Positions 1 through 10,565 of a stretch of DNA of 64,000 nucleotides are shown in pieces. Source of the DNA: Candidatus Cloacimonadales bacterium (GTDB lineage Bacteria > Cloacimonadota > Cloacimonadia > Cloacimonadales > JAFGVF01); the NCBI GenBank assembly GCA_963667035.1, contig OY762964.1, forward strand, positions 64,001 to 128,000, read 5' to 3'. The notes beneath the pieces were generated by a model that was given only the letters and a program-made list of their open reading frames with translations, was not told where the DNA came from and did no database searches. Both the position numbers and the translations under genes were made by a program. Each line of letters opens with the position of its first letter. Position 1 is the stretch's first letter.

Positions 1-2
1 CC

Positions 3-530
3 GGTGGAAGCATTATTGCAAATGAAGACGCTCAATCATTCTATTTAAGATTTACTTCCGGCTCTAATGTTTACGAAGATTACATATTCGTAGCTCATAC
101 GGGTGGTGATTACTATTATTTGGATGGTACAAGTAAGAAAACAGTAAGTGCAAAAGGGAAGAGATTAATAATCAATAGATTCGTGAATGGAGCTCTGTCT
201 AATGTCAGCAATATGGGTTTTGATTCAAAATCATCGGAAGAAGTTGATATGATTACTAAATTGACTTCAGGAAACTATCCTAATCCGTTTAATCCGTCTA
301 CAACCATCTCCTTCAATAATCCTGCCAAGAACAAAGTTAAAATAGATATTTATAATGTTAAAGGTCAAAAGATTAACACTTTGGTTGATGAAGAATTATC
401 TCAAGGAACTCATCAAGTTGTCTGGAATGGTAATGACAAAAATAATGAACCGGTTGCATCGGGAGTTTATTTCTATAAGATAAAAGCCGGAAAACAAACT
501 TTGAATAAGAAAATGCTACTAATCAAGTAG
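3..530 (+). CDS. Secreted protein, C-terminal part with FlgD-Ig/T9SS-type-A-like sorting domain (5' partial)
   Basis: Frame is open from position 3 (GGSIIANEDAQ...) into the listed ORF; ends GNYPNPFNPSTTISF...VASGVYFYKIKAG...KKMLLIK. Confidence 0.85.
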   Translation, partial: GGSIIANEDAQSFYLRFTSGSNVYEDYIFVAHTGGDYYYLDGTSKKTVSAKGKRLIINRFVNGALSNVSNMGFDSKSSEEVDMITKLTSGNYPNPFNPSTTISFNNPAKNKVKIDIYNVKGQKINTLVDEELSQGTHQVVWNGNDKNNEPVASGVYFYKIKAGKQTLNKKMLLIK

Positions 531-548
531 TAATAATATAATCAACTG

Positions 549-582
549 AGAAGCTTTGGGTTAAAATCCAAAGCTTCTTTTA
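549..582 (+). terminator. Rho-independent terminator
   Basis: agaagctttgg-gttaaaat-ccaaagcttct stem followed by T residues. Confidence 0.75.
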
Positions 583-695
583 TATAATTCAAAGCGATTA
601 TTATCTGATTGCTAAGAACAGGTTTGCTTTAATAAGATTGACACAATTACAGGATGAACAAATTTATAATCAATCGAATAGATTGAGGTATTAAC

Positions 696-2387
696 ATGAA
701 TGAAAAGACAAAAACAGAAGGTTTGGAGAAGAGTTCCAATTTCATTAGAGAGATAGTGGAACTGGATTTAGAAAATGGCAAGCATGGTGGAAAAGTGCAT
801 ACAAGATTCCCACCGGAGCCCAACGGTTATTTACACATCGGGCATGCTAAAGCTATCTGCATAGACTTTGGCATCGCCAAGGATTATCAAGGTCAATGCA
901 ACCTTCGTTTTGATGACACAAATCCCATTCAAGAAGACGTTGAATACGTTGATTCAATTCAAGAAGATATTAAGTGGCTTGGTTTTGATTGGGATAATCG
1001 ATTGTATTATGCCTCCGATTATTTTGAGAAGCTTTACGAATTTGCAGTTGAGCTTATTAAGATGGGTAAAGCTTATGTTGATGATTTAACTCCTGAAGAG
1101 ATAAAAGAGTATCGTGGAGAGATAAAAGTTGCAGGTAAGAATAGTCCTTATAGAGACCGTTCTGTCGAAGAGAATCTTGATTTGTTTAAAAGAATGAGAG
1201 ACGGTGAATTTGAAGACGGTTCTAAGACTCTTCGTTCTAAGATTGATATGAGTTCTCCCAACATGAATATGAGAGACCCGATTATTTACAGGATAAAAAG
1301 AGCTCATCATCATAGAACAGGTGATAAATGGTGTATTTATCCAATGTATGATTTCACTCATTGTCTTTCTGATATGCTGGAAGGAATTACTCATTCTTTA
1401 TGCACACTGGAGTTTGAAGCTCACAGACCTCTTTATGATTGGTATCTTGATTCTCTCAACACTCCTTGTCACCCTCAGCAAATTGAGTTTGCAAGACTGA
1501 ATGTGACTTATACTCTTACAAGTAAGCGTAAGCTTCAAAAGCTTGTTACCGATTGTATCGTTAACGGTTGGGACGATCCGAGAATGCCTACAATTAGCGG
1601 TTTAAGAAGACGTGGTTTTACAGCAGGTTCTATCAGAGATTTCTGTGACAGAGTTGGTGTAGCCAAAGCTGACAGTACAGTTGATATTGCTCTCTTGAAC
1701 TATTGTCTGAGAGAGGAGTTAAACCGAACAGCTAATCGTGTGATGGTTGTGCTTGACCCCCTGAAAGTGGTTGTTGATAATTATCCGGAAGGACAAGTTG
1801 AATGGTTTGATGCCGAGAATAACCCTGAAGATGAGAACGGGGGAACAAGAAAAGTTCCGTTCACAAGAGAGTTCTATATAGAGAGAGAAGACTTCAGGGA
1901 AGAAGCAAACCGTAAATACTTTAGAATGAAGCTAGGTCACGAAGTAAGGTTAAAACATGCTTACTATGTAAAGGCTGAATCAGTTGTTAAAGATGCCGAG
2001 GGCAATATCCTTGAAGTTCATTGCACTTATGATCCTAACTCTAGAGGCGGTTGGACTGATGACGGAAGAAAAGTAAAAGGTACTCTTCATTGGGTCTCAG
2101 CCGAACACGGAGTCGAAGCTGAAGTACGTTTGCTCGAGCATCTTTTTACCGAAGAATATCCCGGTAAAGCAGATAAGGAATTAGCCGAGATTGTTAATCC
2201 CGAATCGATAACAATTGTTAATGCTTTGGCTGAGCCTGCTTTAAAAGATTGCTCTCCCGAGACTAATTTCCAGTTCTTACGTAAAGGATACTTTGTTTCA
2301 GATAGGTATGATCATAAAGATGGAAAGCTTGTATTCAACAGAACTGTAGGCTTGAAAGACAGCTTTGCAAAGATTGATAATAATTAG
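696..2387 (+). CDS. glnS: Glutamine--tRNA ligase
   Basis: [17 protein letters not shown] (HIGH), [41 protein letters not shown]. Confidence 0.97.
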   Translation: MNEKTKTEGLEKSSNFIREIVELDLENGKHGGKVHTRFPPEPNGYLHIGHAKAICIDFGIAKDYQGQCNLRFDDTNPIQEDVEYVDSIQEDIKWLGFDWDNRLYYASDYFEKLYEFAVELIKMGKAYVDDLTPEEIKEYRGEIKVAGKNSPYRDRSVEENLDLFKRMRDGEFEDGSKTLRSKIDMSSPNMNMRDPIIYRIKRAHHHRTGDKWCIYPMYDFTHCLSDMLEGITHSLCTLEFEAHRPLYDWYLDSLNTPCHPQQIEFARLNVTYTLTSKRKLQKLVTDCIVNGWDDPRMPTISGLRRRGFTAGSIRDFCDRVGVAKADSTVDIALLNYCLREELNRTANRVMVVLDPLKVVVDNYPEGQVEWFDAENNPEDENGGTRKVPFTREFYIEREDFREEANRKYFRMKLGHEVRLKHAYYVKAESVVKDAEGNILEVHCTYDPNSRGGWTDDGRKVKGTLHWVSAEHGVEAEVRLLEHLFTEEYPGKADKELAEIVNPESITIVNALAEPALKDCSPETNFQFLRKGYFVSDRYDHKDGKLVFNRTVGLKDSFAKIDNN

Positions 2388-2476
2388 TTAAAGATAGATG
2401 CAGGTAGAATAAATTACTTGCCAAAAGCGAGATAGAATTTTTTTTGTCTCAAAAGAATATTTCAGGAAGGTGAAAA

Positions 2477-2668
2477 ATGTCTAGAATATGCGATGTTTGT
2501 GGCAAAAGCTCAATTGTTGGCAATAATAGATCTCACGCATTAAATGCGACTAAGAGAAGATTCCAGCCTAACTTGTTTAACATCAAGGCTGAGATTAACG
2601 GTGAAGTTAAGAAGATTAAAATCTGTGCTTCATGTCTTAAAGCTAACAAAGTAAGAAAAGTTGTTTAA
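2477..2668 (+). CDS. rpmB: 50S ribosomal protein L28
   Basis: [10 protein letters not shown]...[19 protein letters not shown]...CASCLK. Confidence 0.97.
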   Translation: MSRICDVCGKSSIVGNNRSHALNATKRRFQPNLFNIKAEINGEVKKIKICASCLKANKVRKVV

Positions 2669-2687
2669 ATTATAACTAAAAATATTT

Positions 2688-2722
2688 AAAGCGAGAGTGA
2701 AAACTCTCGCTTTTTTATTTTT
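2688..2722 (+). terminator. Rho-independent terminator after rpmB
   Basis: aaagcgagagt-gaaa-actctcgcttt followed by a long T tract. Confidence 0.9.
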
Positions 2723-2821
2723 ACCGGGTACGCGAGCTTCCAGCTCGCATTAAGAAGTGTCGGCACCTATAAAAAACACTTACCGGGTTCCCGTAGAATA
2801 GCCATAGGTTTTAACCTATGG
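2722..2821. repeat. REP-like short palindromes
   Basis: taccgggtac-gcgagct-tcc-agctcgc-at and ccataggtt-tt-aacctatgg hairpins; the gcgtacccggt and ttctacggg motifs recur at 27450-27495. Confidence 0.6.
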
Positions 2822-2929
2822 AGAACAGTTAAACTGTACGAACGGGAGAAAGGTAACAAAATAAACCAGGAACATAGGTTACACATTTCTTCACTTATGG
2901 CCTTCTTTTTTTTGTTATATCTGCTTTTA

Positions 2930-3123
2930 TGTTTTGCCAACTGTATCGACAAAGTAGCCTCGACACCAAAATCAGCGTTGCCCATATTTGTATTTCAGTT
3001 GAGCATGTCGGTCAAAAATCATCAGGCTACTCTTACCTTTAAGATATCCCATTATTGATGAAACACTATATTTCGGTGGTATTTACAATTCCATGTATTA
3101 TGTGATAATGTACTATTATCCAT
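2930..3123 (-). pseudogene. tnpA: IS200/IS605-family TnpA (Y1 transposase) remnant, internally deleted and frameshifted
   Basis: AGGAGG RBS, then MDNSTLSHNTWNCKYH..., then MGYLKGKSSLMIFDRHAQLKYKY and FWCRGYFVDTVGK in shifted frames; the HUH segment is missing. Confidence 0.85.
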
Positions 3124-3205
3124 TATTCCTCCTTTGTTGATTTTGTAGCTGACACTACAAAGTTACGATGGAGGAATTTTTGTGCATAGCTAAAGCTTTT
3201 TGGAA

Positions 3206-3224
3206 CCACCTGCAGAGCAGGTGG
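3206..3224. mobile_element. Subterminal hairpin of the IS200/IS605 remnant
   Basis: Perfect ccacctgc-aga-gcaggtgg hairpin about 80 bp upstream of the tnpA start. Confidence 0.6.
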
Positions 3225-3242
3225 ATTACATTACACATAAAA

Positions 3243-3268
3243 AAGAGCAAAGCATAAGCCTTGCTCTC
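3243..3268 (-). terminator. Probable terminator of gldA
   Basis: gagcaa-agc-ataa-gcc-ttgctc imperfect stem; A-run on + gives a U tract on -. Confidence 0.55.
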
Positions 3269-3287
3269 GTTATAAATATGCCGATTA

Positions 3288-4382
3288 TTACTTTCTTTTT
3301 CTTTCTTTTCCGACAAGATCCATTGCTTTGAGAGCATAGAATACTTTGTCGGGTGTAACCTTAAAGGCTTCGTTGTGAATTGTTTCTCCTTCGACGCAAG
3401 CAGCTTTTGCTACTTCCATAAGTTCATCATCGGTGACACTATCCAAACCTATCTCGGCTAATGTTGTAGGTAATCCGATTGACTCGCAGAAGCTGAATAT
3501 CTGATGAACGGTTTCGCTACTTTTGTCAGTAAGAATCAATGATGCCAGAGTCCCGATAGCTACCTTCTCTCCATGGAAATAAGCATGAGTAGGTTCCAGA
3601 ACCGTCAATCCGTTGTGAATTGCATGAGCAGTAGCCAATCCACCGCTCTCAAAGCCTAAACCGCTTAACAGCGTGTTTGCTTCGATGACATGATCCAAAG
3701 CAGGAGTTACAACGTTGGCGTCACAAGCAATCTTAGCATCAACACCGAATTCCAATAGAGTATTGAAGCATAACTCAGCTAAAGCGTAGCCGGTCATTGA
3801 GCCGACATCACCGGACATGTTTCCTGCATAGCTCTTCTTACAAGATTCCGCTTCAAACCATGTAGCCAAGGCATCACCCATACCTGAAACGAGGAATCTG
3901 GAAGGAGCGTTTGCCACAACTTTAGAATCGACTAAAACAAGATCAGGATTTTTGGGTAGAATCAAGTATCTTTTAAACTCACCCTCAGTAGTGTAGATAA
4001 CTGATAAAGCACTACAAGGAGCATCGGTAGAAGCTAAACTCGGAACTACGGCAACAGGCACTTTCAATGAGTGAGCAACTGCCTTGGCAGTATCGATTGA
4101 CTTACCACCGCCTATTCCGACTATCACATTAACATTTGCATCTTTCGATTGAGCAACAATACGTTCAATCTCTTCATCCGAGCATTCTCCTTCGAACTTC
4201 TCCCAAATAATGTTAATTTCCGCTTCCATCTCAGCTTTAAAGCTTGGAAGCAGGTTTTCATAAACAAACGGGTCACATACGGCAAAAGCTTTTTCCCCCA
4301 GGCGGGACACCTCTTTACCTAATCTCTTCAGAGCATCTGCACCTTGTACATATCTGCCCGGAAACAATGTTGTAGTAATCAT
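3288..4382 (-). CDS. gldA: Glycerol dehydrogenase
   Basis: PGRYVQG, GIGGGKSIDTAK, ASTDAPCSALSVIYT, GMGDALAT, ANTLLSGLGFESGGLATAHAIHNG, HGEKVA. Confidence 0.93.
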   Translation of the reverse strand: MITTTLFPGRYVQGADALKRLGKEVSRLGEKAFAVCDPFVYENLLPSFKAEMEAEINIIWEKFEGECSDEEIERIVAQSKDANVNVIVGIGGGKSIDTAKAVAHSLKVPVAVVPSLASTDAPCSALSVIYTTEGEFKRYLILPKNPDLVLVDSKVVANAPSRFLVSGMGDALATWFEAESCKKSYAGNMSGDVGSMTGYALAELCFNTLLEFGVDAKIACDANVVTPALDHVIEANTLLSGLGFESGGLATAHAIHNGLTVLEPTHAYFHGEKVAIGTLASLILTDKSSETVHQIFSFCESIGLPTTLAEIGLDSVTDDELMEVAKAACVEGETIHNEAFKVTPDKVFYALKAMDLVGKERKRK

Positions 4383-4508
4383 GTTTAGTCTCCTTTGTTT
4401 TTATTAGATAATATACTGCATAAATCAAATTGGGAAACTAATATTTAAAGTAGATCTACTCCAAAGATTGTACGAAACCTCTTGCTACCGTTCATTTTTA
4501 ACCGATTA

Positions 4509-5897
4509 TTATATGTTAAATACAGCCTTCTTCAAGTAAAATTGATAATAACCGTCAACAATAGGAATTTTCTCGTCATCGAGAATGAAATGAATGCTCC
4601 AACTACTGATTACTTCATCAAGTAAGTTATCGGTTAGCTTAATCTCTTCACTAGAACATTTAAGCGAGTATCGTCCATCTATCGCTTCAATAAAGGAGTT
4701 ATCTTTATAATCAAAGCTGACATCTCCCTTACACTTAAACTGTAGCATCTCTTTAGAAACCGAAATCCGGAGATTCTCACCACTGTAAAAATTCCTATAG
4801 TCCTGTTCATCATTTGAAAAGAAAACAGTTCTAAAACTATTGTCTTTCATATAATCGTCTATGGCATCTTTTGTTAACCAGCTCAACTCGTTAATCTGGG
4901 GAAATCTACCCGTTGAATTACTATACTTCTTATAAAGGGCAATATACTCTTCCGGTGTGTAATGATTAAGCATTACTAGGGTGAGAAGTCCGGCAACCGG
5001 ATAGCTTAAAGAAGCATGTTCGGCACCAAACATTGCGACATCATAGTAGTCTGAATAATTCACCATTCCTGTATCAATCAAGAACTTTCCGGCTTCCATG
5101 AGAGCATTTGTTGAGTGTCCTCCACGCCCACCGATAGCAACTGCCAGACCTTCTTGTAGAAAAGCATGAGTATATAGCTCGTTACTTTGAAGATAGTAGT
5201 TTATAAGAAAATGAGTGACTTCGTGAAAGTGGGCAGGATAGGTTGAGATTACATAGTCTTGATTTAAGAGAAGAATACCACGTGTTTTATAGGAAGTCAG
5301 CCTTTCAATAGTATCCATATCAGGACAATAGAAATAATCAAGTTTGTTCATTTTAAGAGAGTCCAGCTCATGATTTTGTTCAGGAAAATAAGTAAAGAAT
5401 GTTTCGATTCTCTTATCCAAAGCTTGCATTGCTTCTTGCGGTATTGGCGAATCTGAAGGGAAATGATAAGTAAGATACTGTGAGTCCAACTGCTTCCAAT
5501 TGCGTGTATGGTAATCAACACGACTCAATACATCGTTTTCCGAGATGTAAAACTCATAGCCTCTTTGACCGTTAACTTCTGTGTAATTATGATAATATGA
5601 GTCTTCCACTTTAATCAATGGATGACTAACTTTTAGCTGAGGATTCAGCTCTGAATAGGCTTTTAAACCTATGTTCCATATTAGAAACTTATTATAAGTA
5701 ATATTATAGGTGATGTTGTGTTTATCAGACTTCCGAGTGATAGCAGGTGTTATAAAATCATTGATGGAATCCGGGTTGTCCCACACTTGAGCTGATATGT
5801 TTAAAGTATTATTATTATCAGTGTCCGAAATTGTTTCCGCTAAGCTAAATAGAATCGTACACAAGATAAATACGGATGTAATAAAACGCTTTAACAT
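4509..5897 (-). CDS. Secreted putative zinc metallopeptidase (gluzincin-like)
   Basis: Signal peptide; HEVTH (HExxH) followed by FLQEGLAVA third-ligand motif. Confidence 0.6.
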   Translation of the reverse strand: MLKRFITSVFILCTILFSLAETISDTDNNNTLNISAQVWDNPDSINDFITPAITRKSDKHNITYNITYNKFLIWNIGLKAYSELNPQLKVSHPLIKVEDSYYHNYTEVNGQRGYEFYISENDVLSRVDYHTRNWKQLDSQYLTYHFPSDSPIPQEAMQALDKRIETFFTYFPEQNHELDSLKMNKLDYFYCPDMDTIERLTSYKTRGILLLNQDYVISTYPAHFHEVTHFLINYYLQSNELYTHAFLQEGLAVAIGGRGGHSTNALMEAGKFLIDTGMVNYSDYYDVAMFGAEHASLSYPVAGLLTLVMLNHYTPEEYIALYKKYSNSTGRFPQINELSWLTKDAIDDYMKDNSFRTVFFSNDEQDYRNFYSGENLRISVSKEMLQFKCKGDVSFDYKDNSFIEAIDGRYSLKCSSEEIKLTDNLLDEVISSWSIHFILDDEKIPIVDGYYQFYLKKAVFNI

Positions 5898-6060
5898 AGT
5901 CTCTCCCTTCTAATCTCAATACTAAATTTTGATGTATTACAATTGAAGTTTTTACAGATAGAAATGTCCAGAATTAAAACTGGAGAGAGCAAGCTGATGC
6001 AATTTATGAATTAAACAAGTTTATGTTTGTAGGAAGTTCCGTATGACACTAATGTTATTA

Positions 6061-7503
6061 TTAACTCTCAAACAATACTTGAGCAATTTTAGTATATTTT
6101 TCATTTAATTCTATGTTTCTTACTATACACCCGAACCCTGCTATTTCATTTTGTAACCTTGGATGAAGTGGACGTGAGAAAATATCTCTGAATTCAGAAA
6201 ATGTAAGAGATGTATACTTTTTCAGTGAGAGTAGAAATAAGATTTCATAATCAATGTCATCATCTTGTATCAAATCTTTATTAGTAAATAAATGATAACT
6301 TTGTCTTACCCTATCATTCTCCTCAAGCATTTTATACCAATCGGAGCCAATCAAAGGAACACCGGCATTATAAGAAATATGCTCCATTTTAGGAAACATA
6401 TAACTCAACTCACTAGCAAATCTCTGATTGATTAGCATTGACTCTTTTGTTTCACCGGGAAGTCCAAAAATGAACGAGACAAAAGGGTGAATTCCCAGTT
6501 CTTCAATTAACCTTAAATTATCCTTTATAATAGATGTATCATAAATCTTGTTGGAAGATTTTAAAACATTGGGATCAATGTTTTCTATTCCTAAGAATAT
6601 CTCTTTAACACCTATTTTTGACAATGTCTGTAGTATTGATTTGTCTAGTTTACTAACATTAGCATATATCCTAAGGTGTATGTTCAGGTTGTCAGGCTTG
6701 GAAGCTAATATTTTTTCATGATAGTTTCCAACAATGAAATCATCTCCTGACTCAAAGAACTTATTGATACCGTATTTTGTCTGGAGGAATTTGATTTGAG
6801 CCCAGAATTTTTCAGGAGAAACTAATCTAACTTTATCATATTGAGGTAAAGCACAGAACAAACACCTCTTAGAAGAAATAGCTTTTATACATCCACGCAC
6901 AGATGAAATTGGGAATGGTGATAAATCTTTTGAGTTGAAAAAGTAATTTTGTCTTGAATCATATTTGCGTAAATCATACTTGAATAAATGCTCTAAGTTG
7001 AAACATTCCAGACTATTGAGATCTACAAGCTCATTATAAGTGTACCGGACTTCATCTGCATCTCGATACCATAAGTTTGGAATCTTATCTAATTCCGATT
7101 GCTTGATTAATTGTAACAAGGCATCTTCACCATCGCCAGATACGACAAAATCTATGTAAGGATGGTTGCGTAATATTCTATCACCTAAATGAGTAGCATT
7201 GGGACCGCCTACAACAATTGTACACTTATCGTTCTTCTCTTTTGCTGTTTTAGCTATCAACATACAATTATTGTGATTTGTGAACCAATCCGAAACGCCA
7301 ATATAATCCGCATCAAAAGCATTAATTATATTATTAAATGGAGTTGAATTGCCGTCGAAAATTACTATACTAAGACCATTGATATTGCACTCAAGATTCT
7401 TTGCTAGAATCTCCAACCCTATAGGAGGAGGAAAACTTTTGTAGCCATTTGATAGATGCCGATATTTATGATCGTTTTCAGGAAAAATTAAAACAACTTT
7501 CAT
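6061..7503 (-). CDS. B12-binding domain radical SAM protein (non-canonical CX8CX2C)
   Basis: PPIGLEILA, IVVGGPNAT, DFVVSGDGE, IPNLWYR (cobalamin-binding domain); RGCIKAISSKRCLFC; FLGIEN; FIFGLPGET. Confidence 0.88.
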   Translation of the reverse strand: MKVVLIFPENDHKYRHLSNGYKSFPPPIGLEILAKNLECNINGLSIVIFDGNSTPFNNIINAFDADYIGVSDWFTNHNNCMLIAKTAKEKNDKCTIVVGGPNATHLGDRILRNHPYIDFVVSGDGEDALLQLIKQSELDKIPNLWYRDADEVRYTYNELVDLNSLECFNLEHLFKYDLRKYDSRQNYFFNSKDLSPFPISSVRGCIKAISSKRCLFCALPQYDKVRLVSPEKFWAQIKFLQTKYGINKFFESGDDFIVGNYHEKILASKPDNLNIHLRIYANVSKLDKSILQTLSKIGVKEIFLGIENIDPNVLKSSNKIYDTSIIKDNLRLIEELGIHPFVSFIFGLPGETKESMLINQRFASELSYMFPKMEHISYNAGVPLIGSDWYKMLEENDRVRQSYHLFTNKDLIQDDDIDYEILFLLSLKKYTSLTFSEFRDIFSRPLHPRLQNEIAGFGCIVRNIELNEKYTKIAQVLFES

Positions 7504-8285
7504 TATGTTGTCTGCTCGCCGCTATTAATTGCTCCCTGATCAAATAGGAACTTTATTACTTCCTTTCTATATTCGTTATGCTTTTCTGTTGAAAGCATTT
7601 CAATTGTTCTAGGATGAGGAGCATTATTGATTAAACGCTTTTCAATACAAGCGTTCTTGTTTAGCAATAATATCTCATCACCAAGTAATATTGCTTCATC
7701 TACATCGTGAGAAATGAATATTACCGGTATATCCATTCCCAACCATAGTTTCTCGAAAAGAAATGCTAAAGACCATCTGTTAAACTGATCTAGAGCAGAA
7801 AAGGGTTCGTCAAGTAACAAGATATCGGGCGTCAAAACCATATTCCGAAATATATTTACTACTTGCTGCTGCCCTCCACTAAGCTGATACGTCTTCTGTC
7901 TAATATCAATATCAATATTGATTCTACTAAGTATCTCTTTAGCTGCTTGTCTTCTCCCTTGCTTATTTATACCTTTAATTTTCAATGGAAGAGTTATATT
8001 CTCTCCGACATTCAACCATGGTAGCAAAGAAGTTCGATAATCTTGGCAAACATAACCAATTTTAATCGCTTCTTTATTCTGACTGTAAATCACTGACCCT
8101 GAATCAGGCTTCAATGTTTTAGCAATTATATTTAGAATTGTAGATTTACCACATCCATTTGGTCCTACAACAGTATAAAACTTGGAATCATTGATTTCAA
8201 GACTGAAATCCGAGAGAACTGACTTCTTGTTACCAAACTCTTTAACGAATGATTTGCTAACTTTATCTAATTTGACAATGCTCAT
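7503..8285 (-). CDS. ABC transporter ATP-binding protein (NitT/TauT/SsuB type)
   Basis: GPNGCGKST Walker A, LSGGQQQ, LLLDEPFSALD, ISHDVDEA. Confidence 0.93.
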   Translation of the reverse strand: MSIVKLDKVSKSFVKEFGNKKSVLSDFSLEINDSKFYTVVGPNGCGKSTILNIIAKTLKPDSGSVIYSQNKEAIKIGYVCQDYRTSLLPWLNVGENITLPLKIKGINKQGRRQAAKEILSRINIDIDIRQKTYQLSGGQQQVVNIFRNMVLTPDILLLDEPFSALDQFNRWSLAFLFEKLWLGMDIPVIFISHDVDEAILLGDEILLLNKNACIEKRLINNAPHPRTIEMLSTEKHNEYRKEVIKFLFDQGAINSGEQTT

Positions 8286-9058
8286 TTACCAACCCACGGT
8301 ACCAGTTTCTTTTCGAAAAATACGAAAATACGATTAAAGAAATAGCCTAAAAGACCTGAAATAATAATTAGAGCGAACAACTTATCTATTTGATATGTTG
8401 TGAAGGCATCAGTTATTAGCTGCCCAATGCCATACTTACTACCCATAAACATTTCGCATAAAATGGAAATAATCAATGAAAACGATATTGCTACTCGTAA
8501 GCCAATTAATGTTTGTGGTAATGCATCATAAAATGTTATCCACCTGAAAATCTGTGATGGACTCGCACCATATAGCTTTACTATTCCTGCTCTTACTTTG
8601 GTAGAATGAATCACTCCATAGGCACTATTCAGAGTTATGACGAAAAACGAAGCCCAGAATATCATTCCAATTTTTGATAGGTCTCCTATACCATAAATTA
8701 GAACAAATACCGGATATAAAGTTGTTACCGGTATAGAGCGAAAGAAATCAATAACAATTTCTGCAGATTCAAACATTGGAGTGAAAGAACCTAATAATAG
8801 TCCTAATGCGACACCAAAAATCGTTGCAAGTCCAAAACCTGCTAACATCCGCAATACGGTATCTCTTAAATCAGGTAAAATTTTACCTGACGAAGTCATT
8901 TCCCATAATGCTCGGAAAGCGTCAATTGGCTTCGGGAATAATGAGGAGTCAAAAATCTTTAATTCATACACAAATTGCCATAAAATAAGAATAAAAACAG
9001 GGCCTGTCAAAATCTTGGCAAGCCTTGTTAAGTTGCTTTTCGTACGAACTGATAGCAT
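8282..9058 (-). CDS. ABC transporter permease (NitT/TauT/SsuC type)
   Basis: Multiple TM helices; FPKP, LRDTVLRMLAGF, FRSIP, ALPQTLIGLRVA, EMFMGSKYGIG. Confidence 0.9.
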   Translation of the reverse strand: MLSVRTKSNLTRLAKILTGPVFILILWQFVYELKIFDSSLFPKPIDAFRALWEMTSSGKILPDLRDTVLRMLAGFGLATIFGVALGLLLGSFTPMFESAEIVIDFFRSIPVTTLYPVFVLIYGIGDLSKIGMIFWASFFVITLNSAYGVIHSTKVRAGIVKLYGASPSQIFRWITFYDALPQTLIGLRVAISFSLIISILCEMFMGSKYGIGQLITDAFTTYQIDKLFALIIISGLLGYFFNRIFVFFEKKLVPWVGK

Positions 9059-9071
9059 AGTACAATGATTA

Positions 9072-10040
9072 CTATTTGTTAACTTTCATGAAATATGAAG
9101 ATTCAAGGAATCTGCTGTAATCAGGCACTTCTTTATCTTTAAAATCATCATTAGTAGCTTGAATCCATTTCCCCTCAGACGTCATTGCATTTAGTAATAC
9201 TTGTTTGTCAAAAGTTACTCCCAGATTATGATCAGCCCATGTTGATTTCACAACATCCAAATCTAAGTCTATAACTCTTGATACAATTATTTGTGCTTCT
9301 TCAACATTCTCTTTAGCGAATTTATCCGCTTTTTGCAAAGCTCTCAAAAATGCTAATACAGTTTCTTTATTTTCTAAAGCCCAATCCTTTCTTACTGCTA
9401 AGTTAAGATATCCTGTATATGCTTCAGGATCTCTGAATACAATTGCGTCTTCTCCAAGTTTTGTGCTTATTGAGTAAATATGTGGATCCCATGTTGAAGC
9501 TGCATCAACTCCTTTAGATAAAATCGCACCTTCCATTGCTGCCGGTTGTATCTGTCTTATCTCTACATTATCAGCAGACATTCCATACTTCTCTAAAAAA
9601 CGATTTGCAAACATATCTGAAGTTGTTCCCGGACTTAAAGCTAATCTTTTACCCTTTATATCTTCCGGTTTTTCAATACCACTACTTCTAAGAGCTACAA
9701 TTCCACTACTTGTTGAGTTTACCAAAGAAGCAATTGTTTGAACTGAAGTATTACCTGTATAACCGAAATAAGCAAGATTAACTTCAACAATTGTTGCAAA
9801 CTCAGCAGATTTTGATACGAGAGCATCCAAATTGTACTTCCCTGCTGCCAAATAATCTGTTTTCACATTCAAGCCTTCTTCAGTGAAGAAGCCTTTCTCA
9901 TGAGCAATTATCCCTAATCCGCACCACATATTTTTCCCGGTGGAAAAAGTTATATCTTTCTGGTTTTGTTTCTTCTCAGTTGAACATCCTATACCCAAGA
10001 GAATTAAACTCATAATTATCAATAGTTTAACATATTTCAT
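9072..10040 (-). CDS. ABC substrate-binding lipoprotein (NMT1/SsuA-like)
   Basis: Lipobox LLGIGC; IAHEKGFFTEEGLNV; DIKGKRLA..PGTTS; VDAASTWDP. Confidence 0.88.
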   Translation of the reverse strand: MKYVKLLIIMSLILLGIGCSTEKKQNQKDITFSTGKNMWCGLGIIAHEKGFFTEEGLNVKTDYLAAGKYNLDALVSKSAEFATIVEVNLAYFGYTGNTSVQTIASLVNSTSSGIVALRSSGIEKPEDIKGKRLALSPGTTSDMFANRFLEKYGMSADNVEIRQIQPAAMEGAILSKGVDAASTWDPHIYSISTKLGEDAIVFRDPEAYTGYLNLAVRKDWALENKETVLAFLRALQKADKFAKENVEEAQIIVSRVIDLDLDVVKSTWADHNLGVTFDKQVLLNAMTSEGKWIQATNDDFKDKEVPDYSRFLESSYFMKVNK

Positions 10041-10043
10041 CTT

Positions 10044-10553
10044 TTACACCCTTTCTTCTTTGTTGATTGTTCTACTATATGCATTTATTAGTTCTATTAA
10101 TCCATTGTTTATTGAATCAGAGGCACATTTCATATCTTCAAATTTCAATCTTTTATCAATATCCGAGTCAGCAGAATTAGCTCTACTCCTTAAATAACTT
10201 ATCCAATTATCTACATGCTTAATACTTGTTGAAATAAACAACAACAACAAAGCATGATTAGCTTTGCCCTTTTGCAATCCTTCAATTGGTTTAAGGATAA
10301 GAATTGTGTAGGTTTGTAAGAATCCGATTCCTGCGGAGACAATTGGGTATACATATTGTGTTGTATCAATAACATACAGCACTACAGCCATAAGTATTAA
10401 AAGAAAGCCCATGCAAAATGATACAATATAAAGCATAGATACTATACTATAAGTCTTAGTTGTTTGATTTAAGAATTCATTAATAGATAGTCTTATTTGT
10501 ACTTCCAAAGATATCTTCTTTTTTGTTTCATCTGAATATTCCGTATTTTTCAT
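10044..10553 (-). CDS. Hypothetical 2-TM membrane protein (resembles TRADD-N-associated membrane domain)
   Basis: Two hydrophobic segments followed by PIEGLQKG; family call from memory only. Confidence 0.55.
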   Translation of the reverse strand: MKNTEYSDETKKKISLEVQIRLSINEFLNQTTKTYSIVSMLYIVSFCMGFLLILMAVVLYVIDTTQYVYPIVSAGIGFLQTYTILILKPIEGLQKGKANHALLLLFISTSIKHVDNWISYLRSRANSADSDIDKRLKFEDMKCASDSINNGLIELINAYSRTINKEERV

Positions 10554-10565
10554 TTTCTTTTCCTT

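Noticed and set aside
2767..2985. 72-aa ORF (and 3155-3337, 14753-15007, 23543-23828)
   Set aside because: They span IS relic, repeat or regulatory DNA and have no protein-like signal
6033..6060. dif/Xer-like site at the operon border (and at ~12930)
   Set aside because: Arm similarity is partial and the 6-bp spacer geometry does not fit
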